DNA of 64,000 bases, taken from Lingula anatina (lineage: Eukaryota; Animalia; Brachiopoda). The notes beneath the pieces were generated by a model that was given only the letters and a program-made list of their open reading frames with translations, did not search any database and had not been told where the DNA came from. A program made the translations under genes and the position numbers. This document shows, one piece after another, positions 21,917-36,066 of this stretch. Location of the stretch: the NCBI GenBank assembly GCA_051362555.1, contig CM120640.1:1612001-1676000 (forward strand), in the 5' to 3' direction. Position 1 is the first letter of the stretch. Each line of letters begins with the position of its first letter.

Positions 21917-24495
21917 AACAATAACAAGCAAAATAACAAATGAACAACCAACAAGTGAAAATTCAACAATAAAACGATGATTTGTACAGCAAAGCTCGGC
22001 GTGTCGTGCGTGTCGTCTCGATAGCATGGGTAGAAAAATGGCGGTTCACGGGGCATTGTGGGATAGCACACTCGGAGTTGTGACGTCAGTGAAAAGTAAG
22101 GATAGTAGCGTAAATATAGGTAAACCAAATAAAATAAAGTAAACTTCATATCACGATCAAGGACACCAAAGGGAAAAGGATATATACAAGCTGAGGCTTC
22201 AGCTGATCAGCGGGATCGACCGATATGAACTCAAGACAGTCTAAAAACGTGAAATCCTACTAAATGCTACTTACCCAACATCGTGTTGTCAGAAGATAGT
22301 TCAGTTATCTTGTACTTCATTTATCTTGTTCAATGGGTAATAACAGTTATAGTTTGAGAGAGTTTAATGTGTAATCATAAGTTTAACCATAAATAGAAGC
22401 AACTGTTTTCATAAAGGATAGATATAAATAAATTTGAGCTGATCATTAGGATAAACCCTTGTGGATTCAAGGAAGAATGTATGATTGTCTTATGACATGA
22501 AATATTGCTGTTAGTTATGACTTATCTTTACATCGTGAAGCTGTCAGAAATTATTTCAGCATTCTTGTACTTCATATTGGTTCATTAGAAAGTACATGTA
22601 ACAAGACTGTTGTTCATTCATATAAGCAGCATTGTTAGCATTTTATTATTAGTTCAGTCATTCACAGAAGCATTTGTTAGGCACTATAAATATCCTCAAA
22701 CCTCAGTTTAAGTGGGACTTAGAGAATGGAATTTGCCATGGGACTATACACTTGATATCAATGGAGCAATAGAAACTATGTCAATGATGAAAAAGACGTG
22801 TCCTTTGTATCAAAATAAAGCTGGTGAGTTGTGTTGTAAATAAGTTTTCAAAATACATCTACTGTCATAAAAAGTATTGTATCAAACTGATTTTATAAAA
22901 TTTTATATACCATTTGCATTGAGAATATTTTGCTAGGTATTCAGTGAACAAAATTCATGTATTTTAAATTTACTTTAAAACTGCAATATCAGGTATTTGT
23001 TGTTCTCTTTTTTTAATGTAAAGCCTAACTATATTGGGGATTTTCAGATGCTATTGTTTATACAGTACAGAAGTAAAGTATGCAGAACATTTGCTCTATA
23101 CCATCATCAACTTTTTAAATTATTTCAGCATTCTTGTACTTCATTTTGGTTCATTAGAAAGTACATGTAACGAGACTGTTGTTTGAGAGAGTTTAATATT
23201 CACCATGAATGCAACCATTCATATAAGCAACATTGTTAGGATTTTATTATTATTCAGTCATTCACAGAAGCAAGGCATTTTTCACAATCATGTATTTATG
23301 ATGTCCAATGTAAAATAATAATTCAGTTCATGAATTGATTTCTGCAACCATTTGCTTAAACATATAGGAAAAGTGCACATTTTGTATGAATAAAAGTGAA
23401 CATGAAATGCTGAGTTCTGAGTGTTGCTTCAATTAAATAACTCCTGTCATGCACTGGATTTCACTCTCCTGATGTTCAGATCCTGTCTCCTCAGCTGGTC
23501 ACAAAGATTTAACATTTTTACAGAGGAAAGTGCAAATTCATTTCATGAGGTTATATGTCAATTACACCTGAGGAAGAATTTACTTGCAAAATAAAATTAC
23601 TCTTATCACTGCACCAAATCGAAAATTAAGCCACTAACTTCCAAATACACTTCATACAGGTAATTGATTGGCCCAACTCAGCTGTGTACAGTAGGCCTAC
23701 AAATATAGCCTTAACACTAATTGGCAATAATGCTAACCAGGTATTAAAGAGGTAGGTGACAGCCGATAAAATCTAGAGAGCACCGTAACTGATAACAAAT
23801 TACACCCAAGGCAATAGGTGAGTCTTCATTATAAAAGTCGAAACCCTGCCTGGGTATTTCCACACGTTTTAACAAATTAACACACTCTCCACCCAAACTT
23901 ATTGGGCACTACTTTAAATAAATATGCAGTGTACGTGTGCCCCAAACGTACACACCTAGGTCTTTGGTTTTGTACTGTTTTTTCTTTTATGGTAAAATCT
24001 GCACAGCTGGCTCTTCATTCTTTGCTATAAAATAGATTAGTTTTATTCCTTTACTTTTCAAAGCCACCTCGCCGTCTCTCCTCCGTTTATGGTTTTAGTT
24101 CCTTCATCATGGATTGTTACCACTGCAGGCAAGTGTGAACGCTTGTAAAGTTAGTTATCTTTTCTCGATCAAATAACCTGCAGTAATTCATCATTTTGCT
24201 CGGTTAATTATCAAAGGAAATACAGAAAACGAAAAATGAACTACTGACATGGCTTGTTCATGCGCAGCAGACGATTCCGGTCTCCCTCCAGAATGGCTGC
24301 TGTTTGTTTTGATGACGCAGGCTCTAATGGGTCAATACAAGTATATGACTGGATTTAAGAGATGACCTCGAAAAAGTGATTATTTGTTCATCAATAAAGA
24401 AACACGCAGTCATGAAAGCTATTTTGTCATTTGACAGATTGATGATTGGTCATAATAATTTTAGTTTCTAATTGTTAATTTTAAGATATACGCAT

Positions 24496-25456
24496 AATAG
24501 AGTCTTTTCCACGAAATCGTGAGCATGCGCAGTTCGCGCCATTTTGTGCGGGACTGTTTCTCAGGGGGAAAGAGTAGAGGGGGCCTTCGGTACTTTTGTA
24601 GTATACCCCCCCCCCCCCCCCCACCCTGTAACTTTCTGTAACTTTCACTTTTCAAACAGTTTTATACATTTTATTGTTTATCTATGTCAAAGCTGTTGAA
24701 ATAAAATGCTTTTGTAATTACCTGTGGACTTTTTATTAGTGTTAATCACGTTAAATCCAGCCCATTGAAATACAAAGTTAGAATCTTCAATTTACACCCG
24801 CAGTCAATAACTTGCCGCATTTTCGTTGGCTAACCCTAAGGTAATTTTATGTGAACAAGTAGCTCATAATAATTTCACAGAGGAAATCCAAGTATACAGT
24901 GTATCAATCCTATGTTCATATAAAATAAAGTAGAGTTAGCCAACGAAAACGCAGCAAGCTGCGGTTACATTGTAAATTTTCACATTGTATTTCAATGGGA
25001 TGGATTAAACGTGATTAAAACTAATAAAAAGACCACAGGTAATTACAAAAACATTTTATTTCAACAGCTTTGACATAGGTGCAAAAGACAATGTAAAAAA
25101 ATGTTTGAAAAATGAAGGTTTCAGGAAGTTACAGGGTGGGGGGGGGGTATACTACCAAAGTACCGAATGTCCTATCTTTGCTGTCGATGAGGTACGTTTT
25201 TAGTTCTTTCATTGAAAAGTCATCAGGTACTTCTGCTAAATTTCTATTCCAACTGCTCCCATGAATGTGTTTTCGAAAAAAATCAGGTGTTAACATGTTA
25301 CGAAACTTTGAAAATTCAGATTGAAATGAGCACTCCTCGATATGGCGTCCGTTGTGTACACTCCACACTTTCCCCCTGAAACTTCAAATCCCGCAAAATC
25401 TCGCGTTCTCACGGATAATTTAGCGGAAGTCACGTGACCGTGGAAAAGACTCTATT
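24496..25456. mobile_element. Internally deleted TIR element with a nested long inverted repeat (24586-25167)
   Basis: 18-bp TIR aatagagtcttttccacg; inner ~250-bp imperfect arms beginning ttcggtac and ending gtaccgaa. Confidence 0.75.
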
Positions 25457-26940
25457 TTCACAGTGGCGACTAGATGTTATGACATAAATGAAATAACACT
25501 GATTTTTTTAAATCTTCGTAACTGGGGCTGTAATAGGAAAATATCTTTGCGATTAGCAGTGTAATCGTAAAACGCACTTCGACCAGTGCAATAAAGGTGA
25601 CTTTACAAAGTGGAATGACCGATTTTATCAGCCTTAGCTTAGTCCATGAAATTTACCGGTTTTTGTACAAACCCCGTACAAAAACTGTTTACATGTTTTA
25701 CCCAAACAGTAAACCTAAGTACCCTCTACCAGGGCTGCATATTATAATAAATAGACACTGACTCGACCACGTGACTTTTTGCCAAATTTTAAAAACCTGC
25801 ATGCGTACAGATGGCATTGTACCCGCTCTGCAGAGCCCAGTGGGTGCAGGGCACCGCGCCAATGTGAATAACACAACCTGTTTAATTCTCTTGTCTGTCT
25901 GCTGAAACACGTGTTTTGAAGAAAAACTCTGAAAATACCAAAGCTATTTTTGTTGTCACAGAAGAGCAAATTACTGTCTTGATTGCAAGGGGACTAGGAT
26001 GGGACTTGTTAGGCGGCAGTTCTTGTGTACATGTAGTTACATGTGTGCAAACAATAACCAGCCATGTAATCATCCTTGAGATTTCATTACAGGGTCACAG
26101 TGCAGAAAACTGACGTCAATTTAACCTGAGATATATCTGTGAATCAATCTGTGCCCCTGGCAAAGGGTAAGGCCCAACCCTTTTCCACGGTTGTGCACCA
26201 GGCGGGTAATAGGGCCATGATTTGTCTAGAAGATGCATAGGTATACTGATAGTAGACAGGGGCGTATCCAGTTAGCCTTGAGGCCCAGGGACCTGTAAAG
26301 TTGACTCAACAAAGTAATCTTTCCTATTTTAGCAGCTGTAACTGATAACCTCAATATGCATGTGACAGGTCCTACATTTACACCTTCACGTCACCAGAAA
26401 GAAAAAATACGACTGGAGAGACTGGGAAGTATGTTTTTTGACGCTGGCAACCTTTGATGTTAACTTTTAACTGCCTGCAAAAAATAATCGAAGCATTATC
26501 TTCATGAAATATCGTTTTCAGATAGGATATTGTAGCAAATCAACAAACTGTTAAGGTCAGTATTTAAAGCGTCCGAGTGATGAGAAAAAAAGTTGTATGT
26601 ATGTTCGAATATCAACTTTGAAAAAAATTACAGGAGTGATCAGTGTTACTAAAATACATTTTGGTTTGGAAAATAGGCTGAATAGGACCATGTTTCCTGA
26701 AGTTGTCTTTGTTATTTTATTTGTTGATTATTTTTCAGCCTTATTATACTACATGGAATACAGATAACACATTTAAAGGAAAACCGATAGGCCTTTTGTC
26801 TTCAAACTTACACGGATGATCAATATTATTAAAATACAGGTTGAAGTCGAACATTAGCCTAATAGGACCATGTTTTTGAAGTTATGTTGCTTTTTGTTTG
26901 TTTGTTTGTTTTTTAGCATATACAAGCTTTTTGTGCTTTT

Positions 26941-28456
26941 ATGTGCTTTTATTTATAAATGATCGCATCACAGGTGAAAATTGTTATAAAGAGTAATTTT
27001 CATTCCAGATACCACAACTAACATGATTAGTGGTACAGAAAATACAAACTAGAGTGAAGATATCAATATTTTATACCATTTATTCACATTTATTGCAAGT
27101 ACCTCCTTAATTCCGACGTTTTCACATAGAGAAAGAAATGTCCATTCAGTTGAAAAGATGTCACCAAATATCACCAAATTTACAAATATTTAGCATTCGG
27201 GTGTGCTCGTTAAAGGTTACGTGTCTAAAAGCGTTTGTGTCTACCGCGTACTGTAATTATCTCCTGCCTCCAATAAGGGTAACAATTCTGTTTTGTGGGA
27301 TATTGTCCTATTCATACTAAAGAGCCCGGAGGGACTTGGTCCACATTATTAGGAGTTTGGTTCTCCTTTGCATTGCACACTCCAATTCATGTCACAGATG
27401 CTTAGTAGAGTTAATAATAGGGCTCAAAGATGGTTGCTCCATCCTCTAAATATTGGGTTTCTGCAACAAATTACTCAGTAGACGAGAGCTGTGTGCAAGT
27501 GCATTTCCACGATGACACCTGCAGTATCCCTGAAGTCACCTCTTGCAAATAGCATGAGATATTTGTTGAGAATGTTTCAGTGAATTCTCCCAATAACGTT
27601 CTTTTCCGGAAAGAACAATGTACTAAAACCATGGGCTTGGAATGCTCTCCAAACGTGGACTGACCAGACACCTCGGGCGATATTATCCTGCACACATCTT
27701 CCCAAAAAGCATTCTGCAACATGTCTACGGGCCCTAACTTGACCGTCAAAGGCATACAAGGAATACATACAGGTAGATTCACCAGCAAAACCAACTTGTT
27801 CCTAGTGGTGTTTGATCAAGTTCTGGTAGTTGTGGGTTCAGTGAACGTAACTGATACTTCATTCCGTCTGCAAGAGGGGACTTCGGGGTGATCCAGGCTT
27901 CATCATGACAGCACACTTGCACACAGTTCTGGTCTGGTGAGATTTGTTGCAGAAACCCAATGTTCTGAGGCTGCAGAAACCATGTTTGAGTCCTGATAAT
28001 AAACCTACTGATGAATTTAAGTGTGCGATCTAGAGGAGAACCAAACTCCAAATAGCCTGGACCAATTCCGCCAAGCTTTTTAGGAAACATAGGACAATAT
28101 CCCGCAAAACAGAACTGTTACCCTTGTTGAAGGCAGCGGCGCCGTCTACAGGAGCTAAATGTGTGTAAATTTGGTGACATTTGGTGGTATCCTTTTAATT
28201 AAATGAATATGTCTTTACCTCTGTGGAAATGACAATGGAACATCGGATTTTAGGGGGTACATGTAATAAATGTGAATAAATTGTATTACATATGGATATC
28301 TTAACCACTAGTTTGTATTTTCTGTATCACTAATCATGTAAGTTATGGTGTATGGAATGAAAATCACCATTCATAGTAACTAACTCCTGTGATGTGATCA
28401 TTTATAAATAAAAGCACATGAAACTGGGGGTGGGACAACTTTTTTGACCAATGTTG
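26941..28456 (-). mobile_element. Foldback derivative of a Tc1 element
   Basis: Diverged ~600-bp inverted arms. The spacer encodes the relics VGFAGES and DGQVRARR...SVHVWRAF (Tc1 catalytic region). The right end is followed by TA. Confidence 0.7.
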
Positions 28457-30235
28457 TATTAAATTGTCTTCAAACTTACACGACTGATTTAAATACAGGT
28501 CGAGTTTGTAAACCATATAGATCATTATTTTTTCAAATGTTATTCTGGTTTTATTCAGCTCATTTGTTACTATAAGCAATGATGATACTACATTTCATGG
28601 AAAACCACTTGACTGATTATCCTCAAACTCACAGGACTGATAAATATGACATATACATAGATACAGGTCTAGTTTGTAAACCTGCTGCCTGATCGGAATC
28701 CTTATTGTTATTATTATTTATTTATTTATTTATTTATTTTTTTTTTTGAAGTTATTCTTTTTTTTTGTGAAATGTTAGTTCATTACGGCATTTTCAAGAT
28801 ATGAACTCTCGTGTACCTATGCCTTATGCTACCTACATATACCTAACATCTGTGTTCCATGTTATGCATAAGTAAAATTTGGTGTTGACTAAACTGTTAA
28901 GCATAATGAACAATTGCAGCAAAGTTGGCAAAATAACATTTATGAATATTATTTTTTTGCTTTTTGTCTGCAATTTAGCAGCTGTATCTTTTCCAGTAAT
29001 TGATGTAAAACACGCAATGAAGAATTCCCTTTTATCATCATAGTCTATAAGGTGTCCCTTAATATCTTTCAGACCATTTCCATAACTGCAGGTGTAATTT
29101 GTGTCTTGTTTTAAAAAGTGTAAAATAATAAAAAATATTGTAGACTGTTAACGATACCACATGTGCCAAATTTTGGTAGGTCATCATTATAACATTTTGT
29201 TCTTTTGGAACAATTTACACCCCCTCACCAATAAGAAAGCTTATATTCCCAGTAATAAGGATAATTTGGCCTTGACGTTTTTCGGCGGACTGACTTATTT
29301 CTGAGCAATATTCACTCTCACTCTCCTAGCTTTTCCATGGTATTGACGGTCAAAGTCAAAAGAGAGTTCGCGTTAATTTGAGTTGGCTGGCCAACTCACC
29401 ATTTTCATAGGAAAAAAGTTCCAGCCTAAATGTTCAAATCATGGAATAATGTGCAAGAAATATGAAGTCAGCGGGTCCAAAAGTAATTTACTCTGGGACA
29501 ATTGCGATTCATAACATTCCAAATATTTTACACTCTCAAAAAAATTGGAAGAGAATGTTAATTTCTAAGCTTATTTCCCGACCAGACCTTCTGGACCATC
29601 AGACAGATTGATTTTTTAGCTTTTACGTTAATTGTATGACATTTGTGGCATATTTTTTATTTTTGTTTATCTTTGTAATTTCAGCTGTTATGGGAAAACA
29701 ACTTGCCTTTAACAGCCTAATCGTTAAAGCTCTTAGACCAATGCAGTACAGGTGACATTACAAAGTGTTCTAAACGATTTTGCAGTCTTGGCTTAGTTCG
29801 TGAAATTTGCCGTTCACAAAGACAGACTCCAAATAGTAACCCTTTTCTAAGTTGTGCACCAGACAGGATCTTTATAATTTGTCTAAATAATTTGTCTAAA
29901 AATTGCATAGGCATACTGATAGTAGAGAGGGACTTTTTAAGTTTTGAGACCAGGATGCTGTTAAAAGTTGACTAAACAAAGTAGGCTTTACGATTTTAGC
30001 AGCTGTGAGCTGAACTTAAATATCAAGTTCTACATTAAATCCTAAATCCTTGTCTTCAGAAAGAAAATTGGCGATGTACAGCAGACTGACGAGTAGGTTT
30101 CGGTGTCAGAGAGTTGGCGAAATTTAGTCTAGACTTTTAACTTAAACAAAGAGAGCCCAAAGCATCACCACCATATACAAACATTAAAGATAATTTCAAC
30201 AAACCAACAAGCAGCTGAGACCAGTAGGCGTCTTA

Positions 30236-30449
30236 GGGTGCATTCCCATAGATTTTAGATCGATCTATCCCCGTGGGGAGTCTCACTAGATTACTGTCAA
30301 TTAATCCGGCTTAAATGCCCGTCCCGCCTACTACAAGCTGTAAGGGGGTAATTAAATTTCCTGCCCCCTCGGCTGACGGCTATTTAGCATGAACCCCCAG
30401 AGAGTTAGGTCTATCTAGTTGGATCGATCTAATCTCTGGAAATGGGGTC
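30236..30449. mobile_element. Tourist/Harbinger-type MITE
   Basis: Flanked by TTA on both sides; inverted copy at 36067-36273. Confidence 0.7.
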
Positions 30450-31192
30450 TTAGTGTTGACATCAGGAAAGTCCAATGTCTGTTTAAATATCAGCTGTTAA
30501 CTGATAGCCTCAATCACCTGATTTGGTCTCAAAGTGCAATTTCAGATCAGAACTGATCTGACGTGGTTTTAAAGATAAACCATTCTAAACCATTCTAAAA
30601 TTATACTGACTTTGAAATTAATATCAATACTTAAGGCGCAGTAGTGAATAAAATTATAGTGATAAACGGATAATTAGAGGGAATAATTGTAGACTAATCT
30701 CAAAACCTTATGCATTGTACACGAAATTTACATGTAACCAGTGGCTGCGTTCAAAACAAGTTGATCCGCGGAATAACAGATCAGCGGATCAAATATGGCC
30801 GACCCTTGGCGCATATCCCCTAATAGACACTAATTAGATGCCCTGCAGAGATTACGCGACCCGTATTCAAGTGGGTCGGCGACATTTGATTGCTGATTAG
30901 TCCGCTGTTGTGTAAATTGATATCCTGTGTTAAACAACGACCTTAAATTAACCAGAACTAACGTCCTTATTGTGTGAACAAAAGAATTCTAGGAAGGCTG
31001 TAAATAGTTGTATTTTACGTATTTTACAGAAAATGAAAAGCTGAAGGACAGAAATCTGACATCACACCATTCAAGACTTATCAAGATTTTTGCCTTTTAC
31101 TACTGACAATCTCTCTTCCACAAGTGAAATAATATTTCGCTTCACTACGTAGTAATTGGTCATCTATTTGACGTTCTTTAATTATCAGCATA

Positions 31193-34100
31193 ATGGAAAA
31201 AGAAAAACACGAGGAAGACATGTTCAAGCGCTGGGGTGCAAGTACTGGGACTTTAAGCAGGAGGATCATTGGGGCAAGTGCTAGTATGCGAAACAAATAT
31301 GAAACGAGCATGCAGAAGGGGACAATTTATTTGGAAACGAGTAAAATATTATTTCTGGGAGATTCTGGTGTAGGAAAGACATCCCTGCAACGCTATTTCC
31401 GAGAAAAGGGTTTCTCGGAAAAGTATAATATCACTCGCGGAAATGAAAAGCACCACTTGGAAACTGCAGCCGTAACGGACACTTGGGAAGATGTTACTGA
31501 CCCTGAAAACGAACAGCAATATGCCGCTAGTTACGTAACAGTGAAAAAGACTGATTCTCCTTCAGAATCTCAAACAGCTGTAAATGGTGCATTGTTTGAT
31601 CAACATTTCAAACTTACAATTGGATTGCTATGCGTATGCGTTGCTTTTGCTCTTTTGCCCTTTGGGTTATGTTCTTTAAAAATCATAGGGTGCATCTTCT
31701 CTACTCTGTTTTTCCCTAATAATTTGCCGATGGGTATCAGATATGCTGAAGGTACAGCTCTCAGTATATTTTACAGATATGCTCTTATTGAAACCCTATA
31801 CGCTGACAGAAATATGCAACAGAGAATGAACAACCCTGACTTGTTCTTAGAATTCCAACTTGGTGTTCTTTGTTGCGGGTTGGTGGTAGGGTTTGTGTTA
31901 GGATTTGGGTGTAGGGCAGGAACCTCGATAGTATTTAGTTTGGTCTGCCTAAAAAGTGAAGGCAGTATGCTCAACTTTCTCCCAGTTGTTTTTGATATTC
32001 TCCGTGAATTTTGTCTTGACTTTAAACATGCATCAGCTGTAATTGTGATTGCCAGTCTAACGTTGTTTTTATGCCAAGCGTATTTGTACCACGGGAAAAT
32101 AAACATCAAGCAATTTTGTCTTCAGGTTATCGTTTCAAACTTTGCAACTGCCCTCATATATCAGATGATAAACGGAGAAAAATATCCGAGTTTATTCAAG
32201 GACGACCAAGCAACTGTTATCACACTGATTTGGTTTGGGGCTGCTGTTGGCATCTACGTATGCAAAAACACGTCACCAAGTCTGATGCGTAAACGGTTTT
32301 ATATTTGGTTGCCTGTTTATATGATAGCGATAAGTTTGTGTTCTTATTTCCTCTGTGGTCTCATTTTATGGTGTACGGAAAAAATTACCGCCATTATTTT
32401 ATTATCTTCTTGGCTTGTTCTTCAAGTGCTATGCTAGAATATACGGCAATGATGGTAATTGGCCGGCCTCTTGCAAAAGTTTATGATTTGCCTTTCTATG
32501 CACGAAGGACACTGGGCTTTATTTTAGGTGTCGGAATGGTTTATTTTATGAATTGGACGGTCGCTATTCCTCCTGGAGAATTTTTATTAGATCAGGTGTT
32601 GTCTGTTGGTATTGTTGTTGCATTCGAGTTGTGGGGCTTTTGGCGGGTGAAACAAGCAATGAAAATGGGAATCGATTTAACTAAAATAAGACTGGCAAAA
32701 TCAAAGTACGAGAATGGAGTATCAGGCATGCGTATTAAGTTTGTGTTAATTGATTGTGGAGGACAGGAAGAATATCATTATTTCCATCATTTATTCATAC
32801 CAAAGGACGCTGTATATATTATTGTATTTAACTTTGAAGAAGCTAAAGGACTTAAAGACGACAACGAACTGCGCGTACAATTCAAAAAACTTCGTTATTG
32901 GTTAAACTTCGTGTTAGCACATATATGTTTACCTGCTGGGAAAAATCGCAAACAGCACAAACCCATCTTCATTGTTGGGACGCACAGGGACAGTGTTGAC
33001 AAGGAGGTCAGATTCCTGATCTCTCAGGAATTGACACACTTTTTTGAAAGGGAAGGTATCGATCAATACATATCTTGGAATGAGGACACCCTGATATTTG
33101 AAGTGGAGAATTCGGGACAGTGCAAGAGGGACGAACAGGGAAAATATCTCAGGCAGGAAGTTGCGAAAGTTGCAGTTTTTAAAAGGCAAAAAACTGAGAT
33201 CAAATGGCTAAAATTTTCGAAAGTGATGCCAAGTTTGCCTCCAATCATAACGATCTCAGAATTGAAAGACTTTGTCATTGAGAAAGGTGTCGTTAAAGAC
33301 GAGAATGAGTTTGAAAATTTTGTTAAATATTTCAACGAGAGGGGGGATATTTATTGTTGCAACAGTGATAGCAGCGATTGTCAAACACGGTTTGTCGTCT
33401 TGCGTCACGGACAGTCATGGTTCGTAGACTTGTTTTTGGAAATACAAGACATGATGAAAAGAAAAGAAAAAAAGAAAGGTATCTTAAATGAAAATACCAT
33501 GAATCAGACAATACACTGTAAAATTGATAGCATGTCTAAGTGTCAATCGCTGACATGTGAAGACACAAAACATTTAAAAGACATTTGTGGAAAACTTCTT
33601 GAAGAAAGTAACTTAATCGTTAAGGTACCTAGCAGCCCGTACTATCTCGTGCCATTTCAGTTGGAAACCGCTAGCCAAGAAGACAAAGACAGTCTTTGGA
33701 AAACTTCGCCAGGCAAAGAAATTAGGTTTGGTTTGGACTTTGAAGAATTTGAACCAAAGCCAATATTTTGGAGGCTTACATCTACTGTGTTAAAAATGAG
33801 CGGAGACAAATATTTCAAGGAAAAAAAACTTTCAGCAAACTGTGTATTCTGATTTTGCTGTCTTTACAGAGCCATCCACAGGGATCAAGTATAAACTTGA
33901 GATGAAATCCATTATTTCACAAAACGTGATTTTGTTTACTACTAGTAGAGACTCTCGTTTACCTGAAGGTGCCATAGAACAACAAACTTACGAGATCTTC
34001 GCTAATCTTCACAAACAATTGAATTATATTTGCAATACATCTTTCCCTGGGCAGAAATATTCTGTGGGACTAGTCTGTCAGATACAAGGCGTACACACTT

Positions 34101-34978
34101 GCAACTGGCACGAAAAGGTGAGCAAGTCCTGTTACTTTTTGAGTTCATGGTCTATAATTGAGGAAACAACTCATATTTTTAATTGTACAATGAAATGTTT
34201 GTCTTTGAAAACATTAGTGTCATTGACATAGGTATATTTTAAAATTCAATCGGCTCTTTTCCTAATGCTGATTAGATTAGGATAACAATAGATAGAGTGA
34301 TATAGGAGGACATGTGTATTACTGTTGTTTTATCTGCAGGGTCAAGTTCATATGTGCCATCTGGGAGACAACAAATCTGGGTTTGAGTTATTTGATGAAA
34401 TTCCTAAGGGAACACCTGCCGTTTGTAACTGTGATGCAACCTTAAAGATGAAAATCTACGTGCACTTTGGCAAGGTAAGCAATTATGATTTACAATTCAA
34501 TTACATTAATATAATTTGTATTTTTGTCGATTCCGCAAGCAGCACATTTTGATAACAAACAGTAGTGAGTGGAAATTTTAACAAAAAGATGAGGTGATTG
34601 CTTTACAAAACATGTTGGTTTGCCATTACAATGAAAATCTCATTTTAGAAGCCCCAGGAAACTGAAAGACAATTCGAGAAGCTAAGAGAAAATTGGACAA
34701 AAATTGAAGAAGACCTCGAGCCTATAGATATCTTGTCCTACCTTTTTGAAAAGAAGGTTCTGGGTATAGATGACATGGATGTTATTCGAAATACACTCCA
34801 TAGGAAAGACAGGTGCTACGAATTACTCAAAAGTCTGCGTAAATGTTTTCCAGAAAAGGAGCCTATGCGTCACTTGTGCACCATTTTGCGTGAAAAGCGC
34901 CCACATCTCGCTGATCTGTTGAACCCATTTTCAGAAACTGCAGACGATAGGGCGGTGGGAACGGCTGACAATATCTGA
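31193..34978 (+). pseudogene. Roc-TM-COR-CARD paralog 3; exons 31193-34117, 34340-34474, 34649-34978; two 1-nt frameshifts (may be sequence errors)
   Basis: All motifs and splice sites are present. One A is missing in the run at 32379-32384 and one is extra in the run at 33821-33828 relative to the paralogs. Confidence 0.75.
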
Positions 34979-36066
34979 GGGGGGAAATGCTTTTCTCAAA
35001 AGAAAAGTATTTTGATGTCTCAATGACAAAATTAATGTTTATTTCCCTTGTCTTGAAGAAAAAAAGATACATAGATATTTGTGATAGATTGATGGCTTGA
35101 AAGGATACGATAAAGAATGACCTGAATGACAGGTTGTATATCGATTTTCTTCTATTGTAAATAAAATTATAAAAATAACTCAAAACAACCCAACAGTGAT
35201 TTTATTTCAGATGCGCGAGTAGCTTTGTTATTTAGTATTCCACTAAAATGGAAAGGGGTGTTTTAAACAATTAAAAACAGATAAAAGTCGGACCACATCC
35301 ACACTTCCCAACTAACACAATGCAGATTCTTAGATGTAATGTATTAAACTGTGTATTGTGTGAATAGCATTAATTGCGGCAAGAATGTTGCGATATTAGA
35401 ACTGCTATTATTTTGAAATTTATATCCTTTGATAAAAAAAACTGTTATCGCTCAATTGAACTATGCAGATCCCAGTAATTTGCAGACGAGCGCGACGCAT
35501 GTTCAATGCAAGTGGGTCGGCCATATTTGATCCGCAGATCCTGTGTTAAACAACAATCTGAAATTTATCTGAGCTAACGTTTTTTTGTGTGAGCAAAACA
35601 ATTCTAAGAAGGCTGTAAAGAGTTGAAAAAAGAAGCTGAAGGACAGAAATCTGATATCAAACCATATCAACCATAGACTTTTACCATTGACAATCTCTAC
35701 CACAAGTGAAGTAATGTTTCGCTTCACTACGTAGTCATATGTCATCTACTTGACGATCATTATCTATCATTATAACATGAGTTTTATCAACAAATTCTGA
35801 AGTTATGGATAATGCACAGCTATTGTAAAAATCTATTTTGTGGAACAATACCTATATCATGAGGAATAATTTACCTTTATTTCTCGTTGGATAAAAAATG
35901 GAATTATTTATATCAGAGATTTAGTTAGAGAAAATAGACTTTGTTCTTATAAAGATATTTCACAGGTGGTTGGGCGGAATGGAATTACCTTTGTGGAATA
36001 TCAAGTTTTAAGAAATTGCATTACTCATCACTTAATTGAGGACTATGGTAAATCTGGAGAGTGTAA

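Larger units (their letters stand above)
16593..22101 (+). mobile_element. ISL2EU (PIF/Harbinger-related) DNA transposon, apparently complete
   Basis: TIR ccttacttttcac(a)tgacgtca, 2-bp AT target duplication (16591-16592 and 22102-22103), empty site in the sister element near 46230, two intact convergent genes. Confidence 0.92.
16513..24335 (+). mobile_element. Non-autonomous TIR element (~2.3-2.5 kb, 'element X') carrying the nested ISL2EU
   Basis: Both parts match the reverse complement of 43768-46309; termini ttaaccgatt...aatgggtcaa. Confidence 0.8.

Noticed and set aside
31029-31040. IRF-like GAAANNGAAA site upstream of paralog 3
   Set aside because: It is a short motif in AT-rich DNA and is not clearly conserved in front of the other copies; the TSS and any 5' exons are unknown.
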